From positions 56,854,001-56,918,000 of the forward strand of contig OX597823.1 in the NCBI GenBank assembly GCA_951406725.2: a stretch of 64,000 nt of DNA. The letters are read 5' to 3'. Made by a program: the position numbers and the translations under genes. The notes under the pieces are model-generated. The model was not told the DNA's origin. It made no database searches and saw only the letters and a program-made list of their open reading frames with translations. Every line of letters begins with the position of its first letter. Within the stretch, counting starts at the first letter, position 1. Shown piece by piece: positions 51,159-64,000 of the stretch. This DNA is from Octopus vulgaris. Lineage: Eukaryota.

Positions 51159-54023
51159 TTTTTTTCTTCTCTGGTTTCAGCTCAGAGCTGCGGCCATGCT
51201 GATGTACCGCCGTTTTGTGCTACACTGTTATTGCGAAGAACCTCGTCTAATATGTGGCACTTGGTGAAGAATGGAGTTTGATATAGCTACTCTCATTTGT
51301 ACCTCTTGCCGTGAGGTAGGTTCATCTGGGACTCTCGACAGGAAGATGTCCAGCTTTGATTTAAAAACCGCTACATCTACTTTGTGCATGTTCCTCCGAC
51401 TCTTTAGGAGAATATAAAAAAGCTGTGGGCCCTTGAAACCCAGGCTGTTGCAGAAGCTGGTCCTGAAGCGTGATGGCATTGCTGGGATCTTTGGCACTAT
51501 ACAGTGTCGTCCCTTTCTGGCATTGGTGTAGCTTGCAATGCCAAAATTTGGCACAATTTCTTCCAGGATCTTCCAGACATATATTACTGCATATCTCTCC
51601 CGTCTTCTTTCCAGGGAGTAAAGTCTTAGCTGTTTCAACCTTTCTCAGTAGCTGAGCTGTTGCAAAGAGACGATCTTCTTTGTGAATCTTCTCTGGTTTG
51701 CTTCAAGGTCCGCTGTTAATTTTACACTGGTGGGTGACCATAGCTGTGAGCAGAAATCCAGGCGGCTGAGGACGAATGTCCGCCAGAGGACCATCATGGT
51801 TTCCTTATCTCTGGTTCTGAATGTTCTTAGGATCCACCCAGCCAGTCGTCTGCACTTTGTCGCCATCCTGGCAATGTGCACTTGGAAAGAGGTATCATCA
51901 CTCATGTCGATACCCAGGTCCCTCACAGACTTAGGCTCTGGGATTGAAATTCCCTGTGGACTGGTGTATCCTGTAAGTTTAATATTCAGTTTTGGATGCT
52001 GGTAGCGCAGGGCCTGGAATTTTTCAGCATTAAACTGCATATTATTATCCTCAGCCCATCTGTAGATTGAGTCCAACTCCTGCTGCAGGTGTGCAACATC
52101 GCTGGGGTTCTGTATTTTCTGCGAGACTTTCGTATTGTCTGCGTAGCTGGCCAGAGTGGCTATCCGGGCATTTGAGGGCATATCTGAGAGGGCCACTTTA
52201 AAAAACAGTGGTCCCAAGACAGTGCCCTGTGGAACACCGCTCGCTATTTGTGTGTTCATAGAGGTGGCTCCATTAACCACTACTGCCTGACCCCTATCTT
52301 TCAGGAAGTCATGTAACCACACTCCAAGTTTTCCAGCTATGCCGAGGTCACGCAGTTTGTGGCATATCATACCATGATCCACCTTGTCAAAAGCTTTTGC
52401 AAAATCAAGGTAGATTACGTCCACAGTTGATTTGTTGAGTAACTGCCTCAGCACCCAGTCATAATGTTGTAAGAGCTGGGTCAGGCAGTTCCTACCTGGT
52501 CGAAAACCAAGCTGGGTATCACTCAGCAAGTTCTTTTCCTCAGGGAATGCGATTAGTTTCATTCTGACTATCCGTTCCATGACTTTGCTGATGTGTGAAG
52601 TCAGAGAGATAGGCCTATAGTTTTTGGCATCTGCTCTACTTCCCCCTTTATGTATTGGGCATATTATTCCCTCCTTCAGCTTGCTTGGCAGTTTGCTATT
52701 CGCAAGAAAGCTCTGGAAGAGAATCTGGAGGGGTTTTGCCAGGGCATGCTTACACGCTTTGAGGGGGATGGCTGGGAAACCATCTGGACCAGCAGCTGAG
52801 TTTGTGTCCACTTCATCTATGGCTAGTAGGACATCTTTTTCGCAAATGTCAATACATTCTATTGTAACCGCCTCGCTGGTTATAGGTGAGGCCACTGGTT
52901 CGTTCACTTGTCTGTGTTCCAACGGGGTGGTAAAGACACTTTTGAACTGGTCATTCAGCATCTCACTGATCTTAGTTGGACTGTCTGTGAGGGAGCCATC
53001 TTTTTGGAGGATGGGTCCTATCTTGTAGTGCACTGAGACTGTTTCTTTCGCGTAATGAAAGAAGGCCTTTGGGTTTGATTTAGTATTTTTTAAAACCCAG
53101 GCTTCTTTGTCTGCTTTCTCCTTCACATAGGATTGTTGCAGCCTTTTTTCGATCTCCTTCAGTTTTGTTTTTAGGCGGGACGTTTCGCTACTTTTGGAAT
53201 GTTGGTTGAGACGATTTGCAACCTTCGTCCGTCGTCTCATGAGGATCTTCCTGTCTCTTGGAATCTTGCTCCTATTTGTTTTGGCCTTATGCTCTGGGAC
53301 ATATTTCTGGCATACGGCTTGCACAGAAGACATGAAACATTCTAATTTCATGTCAATGTCTGGTGTGGAGAGACATTCCGGCTAGTCCTCTCTGAGGATC
53401 TCTTTTTGGATCGATTTCCAATCTGCTTTGTGGAAGTTCAGATTGGAGAGATTTCGGGTGCTTCCTTTTGGCTGTATGTCTCTGGTTACTTTTGGCCCAA
53501 ACATAGACAGCTCTATTATGTTGTGATCCGAAACTGATGTCGGTGTCACTTTCACATCATGAATGATGTCCATATTGTTCGTGAAGCAGAGATCCAGAAT
53601 GTTATTCGCCCTAGTTGGCTTGAGTACAACTTGCTCCATGAATAAGACATTGGTGAGGTTGAGCAGGGACTCCACCTGTACTTGCTTGCAATGATTCATT
53701 CCTGAGAGTATGTGACATTCGGGCCATTTGACGTTGGGGAAGTTGAAATCACCCATAAGAAATATGGTCACGTGGTGTTCCAGATTCATGAGGATTTCTT
53801 TAATTCTTGTGAGGCAATCTTCAAACTTGCCTGTGTGATTTGGGGCATCCGGTGGGCAATATGTATTGCATATGACTATATCATGTTGTCTCATGTATAC
53901 AATTAAAGTGTCACATACCGAATTTGAGTATGTCATTAAGACCTGGGGTGTGAGGTCATCTCGGATGTATACAGCAACTCCACCATGGCTCCTTTCCCTT
54001 CTGTCTTTCGCAGTATGGCTTAG

Positions 54024-54024
<1 letters not shown>
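51158..54024 (-). mobile_element. 5'-truncated CR1/L2-group LINE with disrupted ORF2 (AP endonuclease and reverse transcriptase)
   Basis: EN motifs GGVAVY, MGDFNFP, NILDL, SDHN (53382..53936); RT motifs NYRPISLTS, YLDFAKAFDKVDH, SGVPQGTVLGP, YADN (51645..53351); C-terminus LERRRER (51228..51638); frameshifts between segments. Confidence 0.95.
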
Positions 54025-54101
<77 letters not shown>

Positions 54102-54272
54102 CACAAGAAACTACATATATAAATTCTCATATTGTTTCATTCTTTTACTTGTTTCAGTCATTTGACTGTGGCCATGCTGGAGCATCGCATTAAATGACTT
54201 ATGGTTTGTAAGCCTAGTACTTACTCCATCGGTCTCTTAGGCCGAACCGCTGACCTGTAGAGACTTCCTTTA

Positions 54273-54469
54273 TCGTTATGCCACCATAATATACCGTAGA
54301 TTATATTAAACATTTTATAAGTCACTACTGAGTTTTACTGTGTTAGCGGTGCTATTACATCACTTGCTAAAGTTAAAGTAATATAATAGCACTGATAACA
54401 CAGTAGAACACAGTATTGGCATAGAAAAGCGCTTAATATATATCGTAGTAGATTATGGTGACATAACGA
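54273..54469. mobile_element. Hairpin MITE-like element with ~85-bp arms
   Basis: 54273-54357 pairs imperfectly with 54384-54469. Confidence 0.75.
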
Positions 54470-55036
54470 ATTACAGCGTCCCTTCAGGTCATTAACATTT
54501 ACGTACAAGTTTCTAGGAATGCGTTTGATATGTAAAATTGGTATATCTAATAACGTTATACCGTTGTATTTAGTGGCTGTTTAAGCAGTAAGCTCGTGGA
54601 TGCTTAATGGTTTGGATGTAGTGCTGATGAAGGAGTAAAAACTGCTGAAATAGGGTATTATGCCTATTACCCATTTTTCATCTTCGATGTCATTCTTGAG
54701 ATACGTCTCGGATACGAAACGTCGTAACAAAATTAGTGGTAGTTACAATTTCTATAGAAAATCTGCAGAGATTACCTTAACACGTGGAATATTGGTGTGT
54801 ATAAATACTGTGTATATATAAGTAAATGTGTATTTATTTATTTTGAACTCCATATGATTCATTAATCTCCAAAATTTACCCAGAGACAAAGTCCATATTA
54901 ATATACATGTAATCGAATAGCATCGGTGCAAACTTATTCATATGCATAGATTCCGCATAACGTTTACACACGAACGCACACACACACACAGACACATCAC
55001 GCACACAGACACACACACGCACACACTCATACCAAC

Positions 55037-55095
<59 letters not shown>

Positions 55096-56959
55096 ACTTT
55101 TAGATGCCCAAGCAATTAATTGATCAAACAATTTCAAGAGGATAGTTTATTTAATGATGTTAGAAATTGGAGATATATGCCGAGTCTTTTGTGTACCGTA
55201 GGATAAATGATATAACTCATGTACTCCATATAAGAGTTGTGGCTATTTAATGTTTATTGAAGATAAATAAATTGACAGATAAACGTATCTAATAGGAAAG
55301 TGAAGAAACGAAAATAGAACAAAAAGAAAGAAAAAGGAAAAGGGAAATATATAAGCGGGAAAGAAAGCGAATAAGTGGAACTACTATATGACTAAAATTT
55401 GTATGAAAATAAATGTGAGGAGAAAATGTTTTAAATAATTCAAGAAGCCGTAAAATGAATGTATTTCATGATATTGACTAAGAAAATATGAAAATGCAGA
55501 ATCATGCTTGTTTGCATTCATACATATATCTATACTCAAGCCCTAGCAATATATGCAGTGCTTATAAAGTGATCAGAGATAGCAGGAAAATATTGGCAAT
55601 GTTATGTTTGAAGGTAAATAGCATAGTTTGACGAGCGGACTGAAATCTGGGTATGGAAGTGTTCGTTCAGGTGATGGTTATTCATTTCAATAATTCAGAA
55701 TTTTCAGTTAGGTGATTAGTAAAATTATAGTAATTGTTTTAAGCATATGACTCTTCTAAATTTCGTTCATGTATATTATGAAATTTACTTCTCTCAGGGG
55801 AGCTTCCGGCTAATGTTAAAATTATTAACGCTTTTTCTCAAACGTCAGATGTACTGGACATTGTGGTAAAATTCTTCTGTTCTATATGTAGTAAAGAGTA
55901 GGTATAATTGAAGAATCGTTGTTTGAAATAACCATCCCTTATGCCTATGTAGTGTTTTTCAACCGCCTTAAAGTTTGGTTTCATGGCAATGGCATCCACT
56001 TGATATATTATCGCCGTAGCAAAATACTAGTGGTTTAGTAGGTGATATTAGTAGTTTAACATGTAGAACAAACCTTAAATGCGCATGCATTTTTCGTATT
56101 CGTAGTTTTACTCTGAAGGCACATATTCTAGTTTTTGGTGTTGGACTTACTAGCGTAAGGTCATAGGTTTGATTCCCTGTCTGGATGGTGCGTGGCATTC
56201 TTAGGTATAAAGAGATACATATGAAATAATCTTTCGCAAAATTCCCCTCTTACGAATTTCACTTGTAATGTACGGGTCAATCTACAGTAGAACAACTGTC
56301 TCCAAAGCTCCCCGTAGTGGGATCAAACAAAATTGCAATCAATAGGCGATTGCTACACGTTTTTTTCTGTACTTCATAGCAGTCATGAGAGGATGAGAGA
56401 TAAAATTTCCTACTGCTTTGAACGTAGGTAGCTTTTCACAAGAAAGAAACTGAGATCATGTGTACAGACCAAATCACTCGCTATTTTCTTAGAACTGACA
56501 TTATTTATCTGAACTAAGATATATGTCACTCTTCAACCTAGCGTTGTCCATAACAGGGCACGAAACGAACTGGCAACAATCGGTGGGTTATTCAAACTTT
56601 TGCACACGTGAGCTATCTGATAACCATACGGTATACTAGAGTCAATTTAATCGACTAGTATACTCATTCTTTACAGAAATAGGTTTTTATTTATAGCCAC
56701 AAGAGATGAATATTAGGATATCAGAATGCAAATGTTCCAATTAGCTGTAAGCATAGAGAATTAAGACAATACTCACATACAGACATTTACACATATATAT
56801 TAACATGTATGTATGTATGTATGTATGTATGTATGTATGTATGTATGTATGTATGTATATATATATGTATGTGTGTATGTATGTACGTATGTAGGTATAT
56901 ATATATTGTTCAACGAGAGTTCAATTTAACGAAGTAACCACACGGCAAGCCCACATATA

Positions 56960-57035
<76 letters not shown>

Positions 57036-57744
57036 TATAGATATATATATATATATATATATATATTTGTATGTATGTATGTATTTATTCACGCACATTT
57101 ATTCTCAGTTTGTACAAATCCTTTGACTATACAAGTTAGATAAAGAAAGTGAGTAGAGTTCTTGCTTCTAGGGTGATTGAAACGGTATCAAAGTACAAAG
57201 ACCTGGGGATAGAAGTAAATAAGATATTGAGAGGAGCGAAGACAGAACCAATTTTGGTAAGAATTAGGCTATTCAAGTAAGACAATAAATAAAAAGGCTA
57301 ATAGCAATGATAACAAGAACGCGATTATAGCAGCGGCGGCTGAAACAAAAATAAACTACATCACCATGATCACCATGATCATCATCATCATCATCATCAT
57401 CATAAGCATCATAATTGGTAACAACGAAGTAACAAATTTCTCACCTCCGAGTTAAGCGACTAAAATACATAATATTACTTTTTCGAAGAATGAAGCAATT
57501 TAACGAAATCACTACACGCCATAGGAATAATTAAAAAGAAGAAAAACAACAACAAAAACATCTGCACCAACAAGATTAACAATAAATAAAACCACCAATA
57601 AGAAAGAAACTATATATATATATATATAAAAGAGAAAAAATAAAATGAAAGAAATACAAGGACAGGCGGTCTCCTCTTGAAATCTAGTAAAATTGGAAGC
57701 ATTAACGTTACACCAAACAATATACGAAATACATAAAAGCAGAA

Positions 57745-57820
<76 letters not shown>

Positions 57821-58024
57821 CACACAGGCACACACGCGCGCAAGCACATATATCTCATAGTAAAATGGCGAATAATAGATTGGCCAAATCCAAATACAGC
57901 CATTGAAGAGATTAGAAAACAACAAACGAAACGAACATTATAAGCAACATCTTATGTTCCCGGGGCGCATGTTAGCCGAGCATAGTGATACGTTGATGAG
58001 AAATCCCCTCTCAAAATGGTGGTT

Positions 58025-58069
<45 letters not shown>

Positions 58070-58095
58070 CGCGCGTGTATGTGTACGTATGTATG

Positions 58096-58136
<41 letters not shown>

Positions 58137-58464
58137 GTATGTATATATGTATGAGTGTGTGTGTTTGCGTATGCGTACATGCGTATGTTTATTGTTAGTA
58201 CTATCAAAATATCTAGATGTAGAGTAACGATTTGCAGAGACAGTCTCTATATTTATGTATCATTTTATACCAATCTAACAATACAACTTTTTATCGAACT
58301 AGAAATCTTATCATCAGTCTGTCTGTCTGCCTATCATTATCTTCTGTCGGAGTCGCGTTGAGCTTAGGTGTTTCGCTCATACAAACAGACATCGCTTGGT
58401 CTGAAATTCTCATCCCTCGACCGCGAGTCCGCTGCTTTGACCACTAGGCAATGTTGCCTCCGCG

Positions 58465-58607
<143 letters not shown>

Positions 58608-58790
58608 CATCTAATGTAGGATAAAATTTTTTCGAAATTGGCCAGCATATTAAAAAATACCTTTAAAGGTTAAATTTATAAACAACTTAAAAATAAGGGA
58701 AAACAAAAAAAATTCTAATGCCAAATATCCCGAAACTAGACACATTGTCCACAACCATATAATTTATCACAATAAGCACGCTACTCCAAG

Positions 58791-58832
<42 letters not shown>

Positions 58833-58844
58833 GGCACTATATGA

Positions 58845-59182
58845 TTTATTTTTATTCTTTTATTTCTTTCAGTAGTTTGATTGCGGCCATGCTGGAGAAC
58901 CACCTTTAGTCGAACAAATCGACCCCAGGACTTATTCTTTGTAACCCTTGTACTTTCTATGGGTCTCTTTTGCCGAACCGCTAAGTTACGGGGTACGTAA
59001 ACACACCAACATAGGTTGTCAAGCGATGGTGGGGGACAAACACAGACAAACACGGGCTTCTTTCAGTTTCCGTCTACCAAATCCACTCACAAGGCTTTAG
59101 TCGATGACACTTGCCCAAAGTACCACGCAGTGGGAGTGAACCCGTGACTACGTGGTTTGTAAGCAAGCCACTTGCCACACAA
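58845..59182 (-). mobile_element. SINE family D
   Basis: Reverse complement of the 16043-16418 family. Confidence 0.85.
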
Positions 59183-59311
59183 CGACATTGGAGTGTGTAT
59201 TATATTTCCAGTTTTTGTCGTAATATCTGTAGTATTATTCAGCTTATAATGAAGATTCATTTAGAAATTAGTCACGCAGATATACAATTTAGTTTTCACC
59301 TACTAACCGAA

Positions 59312-59400
<89 letters not shown>

Positions 59401-59417
59401 GTCTGTCTGTTTGTATG

Positions 59418-59489
<72 letters not shown>

Positions 59490-61074
59490 ACTAGCTATCT
59501 ATCTGTCTGTGTCCTGCCTTTATTAAGAGTATCTACGTCCCGCTTTATCGAATGCATTGTGTGTATCGCTTCGTGTGTATGCATTTGCACCGAAATTACA
59601 TGAGAATATATAAACATACATACACACACAAACACACACACATATATTTATAATAGGCATGAATATGTATATATTATATGCTTGTCTTTATCTATGTATA
59701 CATGTATATGCTTGTGTGTATGTGTTTTATATAAGTGCGTATTTTTATATCTTTCATATAATTTATATCATTGCAATTAAGCTTCTACTGAAAATTATAC
59801 AGGACTCAAATCTCTCTTTCTTTCTTTATGTCACTTTCGCTTCTTATCTCTCTCACTCTCTCTCTCTCTCCTTGTTTCTATCTGTCTTTATGCCTGTCTA
59901 ATCTCCACACCCTAAATCTAATTATCTGTCTTCTTTTACCAACATTCATTAGACGCATGCAACAAACTGTAATCTGTACGTACTGTCATCACCAAATGAA
60001 ATTTTGTTTTCATTCTCAATTCGAATATACAAGCTTACGTGCTCCGTATGAACCACCGAGGAAAGGAAGAGTTCATTTAACCCAATCGTCTTCATGTGGA
60101 CGTTTAGAACATGTTACATTGCCGCTGCTTATAGATCTGTTCAGACCTACACGCAACGCATGCTTTTAACTCTGTGCTAAATATAAATGAAATTCTCTGA
60201 AACATCATTATGGCTTCGTATCGCGATGAATGCAATCATCCTCTGTTGGTATTTATTTGCGGCTAGATTGATTTGATCATTCGTTGATTAAAATATCTCC
60301 AAATATAATACAAGGCATCTTGAATAGCAATGAAACTACAGCCGGAAGCATGGCACTTTCTCTTTCCCTTTTCACCTGTTTCGCTGAATGCCGTCTTCAC
60401 TACATGTGCAGTTATTCTAATTATTATTGCTGTTATTATTATTGGAATGGCATTTAGGCGGTGTGCTGGCAGAGTCATTAACGTACTGGACAAAATGCTT
60501 CGACAGGTCTCGTCCGTCTTTATGTTCTGAGTTCAAATTCCGCTGAGATCTATTTTATCTTTCATCATTTCAGGGTCGATAAAATAAGTATTAGCTGGGT
60601 ATTGAGGTTGATGTAATCGACTAGCCTCTTCCCCCAAATTACTAGCCTGCTAATAATTTCACCCTTGACTCAGTGGAATATCCAGGTTGTGTGAGTTGTG
60701 GGAAGAAAGCTACGACAGCACCCGTCTGAACACATTGCAGCTTGGTAGATAGAGCAGCGTGAAATGAAGATCTTGCTCAAGGACACAACAGGCACACTGC
60801 CCATCACAGAAATTGAGCCCATGAGTTGATAACCATAAATCGAACGCCCGAAACAGTAAACTACGCAGTTTCACCGCAAGAAATATCGCACATCATTTTG
60901 TATGACTCACTACTTATTCATTGAATCCATTCCTCCTCCTCCTCGTCCTCCTCCTCCTCATCATCATCATCATTACCACCACCACCACCACCACCACCAC
61001 CACCACCACAACCACCACCACCGCCACCGCCACCACCACCACCGCCACCACCACCACCACCACCACTATCACCA

Positions 61075-61295
61075 TTCTTTTTTTTGCACAGTTTCTAATG
61101 CTGGAGATGTACTACGGCGTCAGCTGTTCACTTACAGAAAACTAAGGTAACACCTCTTACTTATCGAGCACATTCCAGGGTATTCACAGAAACTTACATT
61201 TCTTCGACTTCAGTACACTTTCGACTCCATGAATGTACCATGTCTTTCCAGCTTCACTCTCCGTTTCTGGCACAATTTCCATTGTAAAACTTTTA
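61075..61295 (-). mobile_element. Internally deleted R4/Dong-type 3' fragment (second family)
   Basis: Minus strand QWKLCQK...KTWYIH..ESV; its 3'UTR is the reverse complement of 63555-63630. Confidence 0.6.
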
Positions 61296-61309
61296 TAATA
61301 ATAATAATG

Positions 61310-61391
<82 letters not shown>

Positions 61392-63257
61392 GCCATCCCC
61401 ATTAGAAGAGGAATATTCCAGGGAGACACGCTCTCTCCTCTCCATTTCTGCTTGGCACTGTCACCTCTATCTGATATGCTAAATAGAACTGTATGCGGAT
61501 ATAAATGTTACGGCAAAACGATCAGCCACCTTTTATATATGGATGACCTAAAACTATACGCTGCAAATAACAAACAGCTGGAAACACTATTAAAGACAGT
61601 TCATGGATTTACAAAAGAAATAGATATGAAATTTGGATTAGAAAAATGCGTCAAAGTAACCCTGAAAAGAGGAAAACTAGTTAAGAGTAGCAACATCACA
61701 CTAGATAAAACCAATGAAATAAAAGAATTAGACCAGAGCCGAACTTACAAATACTTAGGAATCCATGAACTAGATAAGACACAACACACACAAATGAAAG
61801 AGAAAATAAAAAAAGAATATTATAGACGAGTTAGATCAATACTAAAAACAGAGCTCAATGCTAAAATCAAGATAATAGGTATTAACACTTTACCTGTCCC
61901 AGTTACAGCTACAATATCCTTAACTGGACACTAAATGAACTGACCAAAATAGAAAGGAAAACAAGAAAAATAATGACAGGATCTAGGATGCATCACCCAA
62001 AATCTGACATAGAAATACTATATATACAACGTATAGAAGGTGGTAGAGGCCTTATACAGCTGGAAAACTATTATAAAGTAACCACCACAGGACTGCAAAA
62101 ATATCTACTTCAGAAGGAAGGAAAACTGATAGAAATAGCGGCAAAACAAGAGCAAAACAAAAAACTGTTCTCAGTATTTAAGGAAGCTGAAAAATACAAA
62201 TAAGAAATCATACCACCTAACAAATATGAAGAAGAAGAAGAAGAAGAAGAAGAAGAAGAAGAAGAAGAAGAAGAAGAAGAAGAAGAAGAAGAAGAAGAAG
62301 AAGAAGAAGAAGAAGAAGAAGAAACAACAAAAGCTATAAAACAAATGAAATCCAAACTAAAACTAGAACAGCAAAGAACCATGATAAAACGATGGCAAGA
62401 AAAGCCCCTTCATGGTAAATACTGGACTAAACTAAACGCAAAAGAAATAGACAAAGAAAAATCCCAGCAATGGTTGAGAAGCTCAGGACTCAAAGCAGAG
62501 ACAGAGGGATTTTTAACTGCAGCACAAGACCAAAGCCTCCCCACCAGAAATTACCAAAAACATATAATGAAAAGAAATATAACAAGTAACTGCAGAATAT
62601 GTGGAGATGGACAAGAAACAATAAATCATATTATCTCTGGCTGCCCAGTCCTGGCTAAGAAGGAATATATTCACAGACATGACAAAGTTGGGACTTACAT
62701 ACACTGGAAGCTATGCCAACATTATGGAATAACAAGAGAAAAAAGATGGTACAGGCACACACCAGAAAAGGTCACAGAAAACGAGAAAGCAACCATACTC
62801 TGGGATATGCCGATACACACAGATAGAGAAATAAAGGCCAACAGATCAGATATAGTTGTCAGAGATCATGAAGGAAAAAAATGCTTTCTAATTGATGTAT
62901 CAATACCAGCAGATGACAACGTGTCTCTAAAAGAAATGGAGAAACTTTCAAAATACAAAGACCTGGAAATAGAGGTAACCAGAATGTGGAATCTGAAAAC
63001 AGAAACAATTCCTATCATAGTAGGTGCATTAGGCATGATAAAAAAATATTCAGACAAATACATAACAAAAACACCAGGACTTACAAACACATATAACATA
63101 CAGAAAATTGCACTACTAGGCACTGCACACATCCTACGCAGAACACTTTCCATACGATAACCATCAGAGCATCACAACAAATCACAGCACATACCCAAGG
63201 CACACAGAGCTGCGCTCGGTAGTGAAGTGAAAGCACGCTATAAAAATAAAACTACTG
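61392..63257 (+). mobile_element. 5'-truncated R4/Dong-clade RLE retrotransposon in a (TAA)n target
   Basis: RT motifs GIFQGDTLSP and HLLYMDDLKLY; CCHC knuckle CRICGDGQETINHIISGC; RHD; RLE motifs RSDIVV..LIDVSIP..KLSKY; (TAA)n on both sides; one frameshift and one stop. Confidence 0.92.
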
Positions 63258-63285
63258 AATAATAATAATAATAATAATAATAATG

Positions 63286-63349
<64 letters not shown>

Positions 63350-63387
63350 TAATAATCACAATGAAAATAATAATAATAATAATAATA

Positions 63388-63640
63388 AGCAGTTGTGGCC
63401 GATGAAAAAAGGTAGTAGTAATACCAATAATTGGCGAAGCCCTGGTAACAGTGAGCAAAAATCTCGAAAAGTACGTGGAACAAATAGGAGCTGCAATAAG
63501 GGTGGAGCACTTACAGAAAACAACACTGCTGGAACCGCTCGAATACTCCAAAAGGTGTTACATTAGTTCACTGGTAGTGAACAGCTGACACTGTAATACA
63601 TCTCCAGCGTAAGAAACTGTGCAAAAGCAATGATAATAAT
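63388..63640 (+). mobile_element. R4/Dong-type 3' end (second family) in (TAA)n
   Basis: Encodes QLWPMKKVVVIPIIGEAL...LQKTTLL, paralleling RMWNLKTETIPIIVGAL...IQKIALLG of ORF 62345..63160. Confidence 0.7.
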
Positions 63641-63641
63641 A

Positions 63642-64000
63642 TAATGCGGCAAGCTGGCAGGAACGTTAGCACGCCGGGTGAAACGCTTAGCGGTATTTCG
63701 TCTGCCGTTACGTTCTGAGTTCAATTTCCGCCGAGGTCGACTTTGCCTTTCATCTTTAAATAAGTACCAGTTACGCACAGGGGTTGATATAATCGACTTA
63801 ATCCGTTTGTCTGTCCTTGTATGTCCTCTCTGTGTTTAGCCCCTTGTGGGTGTTAAAGAAATAGTTATTTTGGCCGTCGCTACGTTCTGAGTTCAAATTC
63901 CGCCAAGGTCGATTTTACCTTTCATTCTTTAGGGGTCAATAAATCAAATAGCAGTTCAGTACTAGGGTCGATGTAATCGACTATCCTCTTCCCCCAAATT
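63642..64000 (+). mobile_element. SINE family A with two body units, running off the window
   Basis: Matches the 5461 and 42103 copies. Confidence 0.85.

Noticed and set aside
51645-53351. 568-aa ORF as an active RT or domesticated gene
   Set aside because: Catalytic YADD is YADN, frameshifts separate EN, RT and the C-terminus, and the element is 5'-truncated.
60033-60150. Possible minus-strand exon (TAG acceptor, GTAAGC donor; MKTIGLNELFLSSVVHTEH)
   Set aside because: No pyrimidine tract, stops in all through-frames and no recognisable homology.

Overview
AT-rich eukaryotic non-coding DNA, very dense in microsatellites ((TA)n, (TACA)n, (CA)n, (CTAT)n, (TAA)n and compound trinucleotide tracts). 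By inference it is intergenic or intronic sequence of an octopus or other coleoid cephalopod, based on microsatellite density and SINE families I recall from octopus; this is unverified. No intact host gene is recognisable, and nearly all ORFs in the track are repeat translations. The non-repetitive sequence is mostly mobile elements: four tRNA-derived SINE families (called A-D here), CR1/L2-group LINE fragments (one of ~2.9 kb with EN and RT), an R4/Dong-type element inside (TAA)n, an R2-like fragment, a Tx1-like 3' end inside (CTAT)n, non-autonomous Helitrons, and mariner, pogo and foldback MITEs. There is also a 471-bp-arm inverted repeat and a ~1.4 kb tandem duplication. The most interesting signal is a set of type I hammerhead ribozyme motifs with palindromic stem III in several unrelated repeats. 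They include an apparently intact one beside the inverted repeat (3017-3110, Penelope-like architecture) and one inside a complete, TSD-flanked, tRNA-headed SINE (10201-10479). Two SINE tails also match LINE 3' ends present in the window (SINE D with CR1-like, SINE A with Tx1-like). All alignments and folds were done by eye.
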